Below, piece by piece: positions 58,849 through 64,000 of a stretch of 64,000 nt of DNA (positions within the stretch are counted from its first letter, which is position 1; the number at the start of each line of letters is the position of its first letter). Below the pieces are notes generated by a model that had not been told where the DNA came from, did not search any database, and was given only the letters and a program-made list of their open reading frames with translations. Position numbers and translations under genes: made by a program. The stretch comes from Candidatus Latescibacterota bacterium (GTDB taxonomy: Bacteria > Latescibacterota > UBA2968 > UBA8231). The stretch lies in contig OY730476.1 in the NCBI GenBank assembly GCA_963422735.1, positions 4,608,001-4,672,000 of the forward strand. Direction: 5' to 3'.

Positions 58849-59945
58849 CTTTCTTCCGGCGAGCAGTCATCGTCGGCGTGGGCCTGATTGGCGGCTCCAT
58901 AGGCTTGGCGCTCCAGCGCACCGGCTTTGGTGGGCGGCTTGTGGGCGTCAGCCGCCCCGCAACCATCGCCCGCGCGCTGGAGTTGGGCGTGATTGACGAG
59001 GGTTGGGGCTACGACGAGTTGCAGCGCGCACTCAAAGGAGCCGACCTAGTCTTTATCTGCACCCCTATCAAGCGGATTCTCACGCTGATTGCGGAAGTGG
59101 GTCGGCTCGCCGAGTTGGGGACACTCGTTACCGACGTGGGGAGCACCAAGCGGCGCATCGTCGCCGCGGCCCAAGCCCATTTCAGCGACGAGGTGTACTT
59201 TGTCGGCGGCCACCCAATGGCTGGCTCTGAAAAGGCGGGCGTGGTCGCGGCCGATCCGTTCCTCTTCCAGAATGCGATCTATATTTTGGTTCCCGACCAA
59301 AAGGTGCCAGCCGACCGCTACCAAGCACTGACCGCTCTCTTGCGACAGATCGGAGCGCGGGTGATGGAGCTAGACGCTGGAGCACACGATCAAGCCGTAG
59401 CCGCTATCAGCCACCTGCCGCAAATGTTGGCGACCTCGCTGGTGGGCATGGTGGGGCGGCTGAATGCCGAGCGGGACCACTTCCTGCCGCTGGCCGCTGG
59501 TGGTTTCCGCGATTTGACGCGGATTGCCTCCAGCCCATTCGCGCCGGTGTGGGAGGATATCTGCGCGACCAATGCCGACGAGATCCGCGCGATGATCGAT
59601 CGCTATATCGCCGCGCTCGCGGATGTGAGGGGGCGGCTGAAGGCAGAGGATCTAAAGGCGAATTTCGATTTTGCCAACGAGATTCGGGGGTCCATCCCGA
59701 GGGATTCAAAGGGATTTATCCACGCGCTGTACGAAATCTTGGTGCTAGCCGAGGACCGGCCGGGCGTCATCGCCGAGATTGGGCAGGCGCTGGGGGCACA
59801 AGGGGTAAACATCAACGATATTGAGGTGATGAAGGTGCGCGAAGGCGAGGGGGGGACGCTGCGGCTGGGGTTTGACAGCGCGGCGAGCGCGGAAAACGCG
59901 CTGGAAATTTTGACCAAGCTCGGATATGCAGCGCGGAGGCCCTAG
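58845..59945 (+). CDS. tyrA: Prephenate dehydrogenase with C-terminal ACT domain (start codon unclear)
   Basis: VIVGVGLIGGS, TDVGSTK, GGHPMAGSE, HD..VA.ISHLP, GGFRD.TRIA, DRPG ACT domain. Confidence 0.9.
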   Translation, partial: LAFFRRAVIVGVGLIGGSIGLALQRTGFGGRLVGVSRPATIARALELGVIDEGWGYDELQRALKGADLVFICTPIKRILTLIAEVGRLAELGTLVTDVGSTKRRIVAAAQAHFSDEVYFVGGHPMAGSEKAGVVAADPFLFQNAIYILVPDQKVPADRYQALTALLRQIGARVMELDAGAHDQAVAAISHLPQMLATSLVGMVGRLNAERDHFLPLAAGGFRDLTRIASSPFAPVWEDICATNADEIRAMIDRYIAALADVRGRLKAEDLKANFDFANEIRGSIPRDSKGFIHALYEILVLAEDRPGVIAEIGQALGAQGVNINDIEVMKVREGEGGTLRLGFDSAASAENALEILTKLGYAARRP

Positions 59946-59948
59946 GCT

Positions 59949-61193
59949 GTGGAAGCAATCGCAACCCCAGCCAAGAAAATTGCGGGGCAGATCTCGGTGC
60001 CCGGAGAGCGGGAGCCAGCCGAACGCGCGCTTGTGCTGGCCGCACTGAGCGAAGGGGATAGTGCCGTCCGCAACGCACCCGTTGCCGCTGGCCGCGTAGT
60101 CGCTCTGTTGCGCGAGTTGGGCGTTGACATTGCCGAGCGCACAGGTGCTTATGCAGTGCGCGGCGTTGGGCTGCGGGGGTTTCAGTGCGCAGCGGCCCCA
60201 ATTGACCTAGCAGGGTTGGGCGACACTGCGCTGTTGTTGCTTTCCCTACTCGCCGGGCAACCGTTTCGCTCGCGGGTGAAGTTGGGAATGGAAGCCGAGC
60301 GGTGTCGGCCCTTGCTCGACCTGCTGGCCCAGCTTGGGCTCGCCGTAGAACAGGAGTGTGCGGACATTTTTGTAGCCGGAGGACAGCAGGCCAAAGGGTG
60401 CGTCCTCTCCGAGGCACCCACGACCGACGCCTTAGCGCTGGGCGCGATAGTCGGTGCGCTCTTTGCCGAGGGGACGACCGCGCTGAAAACCGGCAGCCGC
60501 TTGGAGCGATTGTTGCGCGGGCGCGGGGTTGCCGTTGAGCGGCGCAAACTGCTGTCGGTAGAGGGCGGGCAGGTGCTGCAGGGGGTTGACGTAGAGGTGC
60601 CCGGGCAACTCGCGTTGGCGTATCCGCTCATGGGGGCCGCGCTGTGTTGCAAGGGGTCGGAGATAACCATCAAGCGCGTGGCCATTCGCCCTCGGCAACG
60701 AGCCTTCTTGGATTTGCTGCGGCAGATTGGAGCGCAGATCGCCGCGGCAGACCTCGGGGAAAAGCGCGAGGAAGCGACGCGCTTTGAGTGCGATTTGCAC
60801 GTGCGTACCAGCCAGTTAAAAGCCACGCGCGTGGCTGGACCGCGGGCGGCCAAAGTCGCCGACCAGATCGCGCTGTTAGCGGTATTGGCGACCCAGGGGA
60901 CGGGGACGACGGTCATTCGCGATATCGAAGACATGCCGCACGTGGAGCATTTATGCGCCGCGTTGCGCTCGCTCGATGCGCGGATTGGCCAGTTCCCGGA
61001 GGGGCTCGTCATCAAAGGCGGCTTCCCGCTAAAGGGCGGCCAGCTCGACGGCAAGGGCGACCCTGGTTTAACCATGGCCTTTGCCGTGGCCGGGCTGTTG
61101 GCCGAAGGGGAACTGACCATCGAAGGCAGCGAGTGCTTGACGCCCGTTTGGCCCAATTTTTTTGAGACCGTACGATTTATGCAAGGAGATTGA
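59949..61193 (+). CDS. AroA/EPSP synthase-fold protein with degenerate active site
   Basis: Scaffold matches class II AroA (G.I.VPG...RA...AAL, V.G.GL.G, VPG, G.T.I, MAFAVAGL.A.G, P.FF) and it sits at the aroA position, but catalytic motifs are substituted. Confidence 0.8.
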   Translation: MEAIATPAKKIAGQISVPGEREPAERALVLAALSEGDSAVRNAPVAAGRVVALLRELGVDIAERTGAYAVRGVGLRGFQCAAAPIDLAGLGDTALLLLSLLAGQPFRSRVKLGMEAERCRPLLDLLAQLGLAVEQECADIFVAGGQQAKGCVLSEAPTTDALALGAIVGALFAEGTTALKTGSRLERLLRGRGVAVERRKLLSVEGGQVLQGVDVEVPGQLALAYPLMGAALCCKGSEITIKRVAIRPRQRAFLDLLRQIGAQIAAADLGEKREEATRFECDLHVRTSQLKATRVAGPRAAKVADQIALLAVLATQGTGTTVIRDIEDMPHVEHLCAALRSLDARIGQFPEGLVIKGGFPLKGGQLDGKGDPGLTMAFAVAGLLAEGELTIEGSECLTPVWPNFFETVRFMQGD

Positions 61194-61195
61194 AT

Positions 61196-61336
61196 ATGCG
61201 AGGACTCTTTCGGCTCTTTATGTGCGCGGCTATGCTGCTGGGCGGCGGCCTACTCGTCATCCGCTTGCTCTACGGAGTATCGTGGCGCGAATCCTTTGAG
61301 ATTGCCAACTGCTTCGTCGAGGATTTGCTCGGGTGA
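61196..61336 (+). CDS. 46-aa small membrane protein MRGLFRLFMCAAMLLGGGLLVIRLLYGVSWRESFEIANCFVEDLLG
   Basis: AAGGAG RBS 7 nt upstream; fills the gap exactly; TGA overlaps the aroE GTG (GTGA coupling); one TM helix. Confidence 0.7.
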   Translation: MRGLFRLFMCAAMLLGGGLLVIRLLYGVSWRESFEIANCFVEDLLG

Positions 61337-62181
61337 TTTCCGGGACGACGCGGGTGCTCGGCGTCATCGGCGACCCGGTCGCACACACGGCGTCGCCGGC
61401 CATGCACAATGCTGCGCTCAGGGTGCTGAATCTCGACTATGCGTACGCGGCGTTCCGCGTCGCTCCCGCAGCCTTGCCCCAAGCTCTGGCTGGCATGTGC
61501 GCCCTCGGCATGGTTGGGCTGAATGTAACCGTGCCGCACAAACAGGCCGTCATGGCGCATCTCGATGAGATTTCCGCAGAGGCCCAAAGCATTGGCGCGG
61601 TCAATACCATTGCCAACCGCGATAGTCGGCTCGTGGGGTACAATACCGACGCCTTTGGGATCGTGCAAAGCCTCAAGGCCGATGGCGGTTTGGACCCGCT
61701 GCCGCCCAAGGTGGCGCTCCTCGGTGCGGGCGGCGCGGCGCGGGCCGTTCTCTACGCGCTGCTGGCGCGGGAGGAGGTGGAGGAGGTGCTGCTGCTCAAC
61801 CGCACGGTGGAAAAGGCCGCAGCCCTCGCTGACGACCTCGACAGCGCTGGCAAGGTACGAATCGGGTCGCTGGCAGAGACTGGGCCAATCGGGGACGCTG
61901 GTTTGCTCATCAATGCCACGGCGCTGGGGATGCACCCCCGCGCAGACGTTTCGCCGCTTAAGGACCCGTCGTGCCTGCACGAGCGCATGCTGGTCGCCGA
62001 CATTGTGTACAACCCCTTGAAGACCTTGCTCATGCAGCAGGCCGCAGCCGCTGGTGCGGCCGCGATCAACGGCTTGGGTATGCTCGCCTATCAGGGTGCT
62101 CGCTCGTTTGAGATCTGGACGGGTGTCGAGCCGCCGGTCGAGGCGATGGTCGCGGCCGCACTGGAGCATTTCCCTGCTTAG
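61333..62181 (+). CDS. aroE: Shikimate dehydrogenase
   Basis: G.PV.HT.SP.MHN, NVTVPHK, GAVNT, NTD..G, GAGGAARA, NRT, G..ML.YQG. Confidence 0.95.
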   Translation: MISGTTRVLGVIGDPVAHTASPAMHNAALRVLNLDYAYAAFRVAPAALPQALAGMCALGMVGLNVTVPHKQAVMAHLDEISAEAQSIGAVNTIANRDSRLVGYNTDAFGIVQSLKADGGLDPLPPKVALLGAGGAARAVLYALLAREEVEEVLLLNRTVEKAAALADDLDSAGKVRIGSLAETGPIGDAGLLINATALGMHPRADVSPLKDPSCLHERMLVADIVYNPLKTLLMQQAAAAGAAAINGLGMLAYQGARSFEIWTGVEPPVEAMVAAALEHFPA

Positions 62182-62214
62182 ACCGCTGGTTGGATGGACG
62201 GCATTAGATAACGC

Positions 62215-63930
62215 ATGATAACCGAATCATTAGAAACTCGCATCAGCGCGGCCTTGGCCCGAGCGGGTGCGCCCGCCGATTCCCCGGCCCTCGTCGGCCC
62301 GGCCACCCGCCCGGAGTTCGGCGACTACCAGGCCAACGGAGTCATGGCCGCGGCCAAGAAGCTGAAGGCCAACCCTCGCGCACTCGCCGCTCGGGTCGTG
62401 GAAAAACTCGATCTAGAGGACATGGCTGCGTCCGTAGATATCGCTGGCCCAGGCTTTATCAATATCCAACTCAAGGGCGAGTGGTTGGCCGCGCAGCTAG
62501 GGAGTGTGCTGGCCGATCCGCGACTGGGCGTGCCCAAGGCCGCGCCGCAAAAGGTCGTAATCGACTACTCGCATCCCAATTTGGCCAAGGAAATGCACAT
62601 CGGCCATCTGCGTAGCACGGTCATCGGCGATGCCATAGCCCGCGTCCTCGAATTCTCGGGCCACGAGGTCGTGCGCCACAATCACGTAGGCGACTGGGGG
62701 ACGCAGTTTGGGATGCTCCTCGCCCACTTGGACCAATTTGCGGACCCGGCCACGAAATTGGCTGATCTAGAAGTATTCTACCAATCGGCGCGTCAGCGCT
62801 TTGATCGGGACGCGGCCTTCGCCGACCTGTCGCGGGAATACGTGGTCAAGTTGCAACGCGGCGACCCGCACGTGCAGCGGATGTGGCAGCAGTTCATCGA
62901 CGAGTCGCTCGCCCACGGCCAGCGCATATACGCCGCGCTAGGGGTCGGCCTTGAGCCAAAAGATGTGCGGGGCGAGAGCGCGTATAACGACGACTTGCCC
63001 CGCGTAGTCGAGGATTTGCAGGCCAAGGGCTTACTTGTGGAGTCCAACGGCGCGCGGTGCGTTTTCTTAGAGGAATTCCAAAACAAGGACGGCCAGATCA
63101 CGCCGGTAATCGTGCAGAAGTCGGACGGCGGCTACCTCTATGCGACCAGCGACCTCGCGGCCGTGCGCTATCGGGCCGGTGCGCTCGCGGCCGACCGCAT
63201 CCTCTACATCGTGGATGCGCGCCAGTCGTTTCACTTGCAGCAGGTCTTCGCAGTGGCGCGGGCGGCCGGGTACGCGCCTGAGACGACCGCTTTGGAGCAC
63301 CACTCGTTTGGCGCGATTTTAGGCGCGGACAATCGGCCGTTCAGGACGCGGGCCGGCGGTGCGGTCAAGCTGATGGACGTACTGGAGGAAGGCGTGGCGC
63401 GGGCCTTTGCCCAAGTGAGTGCGAAAAACCCGGCGATGGACGAGGCCGAGCGGCGACAGATCGCCCGCGCGATTGGCATTGGCAGCGTCAAGTACATGGA
63501 ACTGTCGTTCAACCGCACCTCGGACTACGTGTTCGACTGGGACAAGATGCTGGCCCTCGACGGCAACACCGCTCCGTACATGCTCTACTCGTATGCCCGC
63601 ATCAAGAGCATGTTCCGCCGCGCCAACGTGGATGAAGGGGCACTCGGCGGTGAGATACTCGTCGGCGAGAGGGCCGAGAGGGCGCTCGCCATCAAGCTGT
63701 TGCAGTTTCCCGAGCAGGTCGCGGCCGTGGCTCGCCAGTGCTATCCGCACGTGCTTTGCACCTATCTCTACGAGTTGGCCGATGCCTTTATGAAGTTTTA
63801 CGAGCAGTGCCCGGTCCTCCGCACGGCCGAGCCGTTGCGCACGAGTCGGCTGCTGCTGGCGCTGTTGACCGCGCGCATCCTGCGCGAGGGCCTCGACCTG
63901 CTCGGCATCGAGACGCTCGAGAGAATGTGA
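62215..63930 (+). CDS. argS: Arginine--tRNA ligase
   Basis: FGDYQAN, AGPGFIN, PNLAKEMHIGHLRST.IGD, GDWGTQFG, KSDGG..Y, GNT.PY..Y..ARI. Confidence 0.97.
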   Translation: MITESLETRISAALARAGAPADSPALVGPATRPEFGDYQANGVMAAAKKLKANPRALAARVVEKLDLEDMAASVDIAGPGFINIQLKGEWLAAQLGSVLADPRLGVPKAAPQKVVIDYSHPNLAKEMHIGHLRSTVIGDAIARVLEFSGHEVVRHNHVGDWGTQFGMLLAHLDQFADPATKLADLEVFYQSARQRFDRDAAFADLSREYVVKLQRGDPHVQRMWQQFIDESLAHGQRIYAALGVGLEPKDVRGESAYNDDLPRVVEDLQAKGLLVESNGARCVFLEEFQNKDGQITPVIVQKSDGGYLYATSDLAAVRYRAGALAADRILYIVDARQSFHLQQVFAVARAAGYAPETTALEHHSFGAILGADNRPFRTRAGGAVKLMDVLEEGVARAFAQVSAKNPAMDEAERRQIARAIGIGSVKYMELSFNRTSDYVFDWDKMLALDGNTAPYMLYSYARIKSMFRRANVDEGALGGEILVGERAERALAIKLLQFPEQVAAVARQCYPHVLCTYLYELADAFMKFYEQCPVLRTAEPLRTSRLLLALLTARILREGLDLLGIETLERM

Positions 63931-64000
63931 GGCGTGAGCCGTGGCGAAAGGGCCGGTATTTCTAACTGGTTTTATGGGCGTGGGCAAGACCCGGGTCGGG

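Overview
GC-rich bacterial chromosome segment. FlgD/T9SS-like C-terminal sorting domains and the gene content suggest an FCB-superphylum lineage such as Latescibacterota (inference only). It is mostly housekeeping: trxB, a Mo-hydroxylase large subunit, an rsfS-mtnA-SPOR-mltD-mreD-mrdA-rodA envelope cluster, parA, mazG, ppk2, surface-polysaccharide genes, two tandem secreted S8 proteases with IPT/TIG repeats, and an aromatic amino acid supraoperon (trpL attenuator, trpE(G), trpG, trpD, trpC, trpS, chorismate mutase, tyrA, aroA-like, small ORF, aroE, then argS). I saw no rRNA, tRNA, CRISPR or intact transposase. Highlights: (1) an intact AroA-fold ORF that has lost nearly all EPSP-synthase catalytic motifs, followed by an unannotated 46-aa membrane ORF; (2) a Trp leader-peptide attenuator upstream of a fused trpE(G) that coexists with a separate trpG; (3) four decayed defence/TA modules (hicBA, BglII-like RM with intact methylase, relBE, Panacea pair); (4) two dispersed small coiled-coil+TM gene units with 5' hairpins; (5) an apparent CCWGG to CTWGG mutational signature. 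Several frameshifts fall in G/C homopolymers and may be sequencing errors. All family calls come from motif recognition by eye, not database searches.
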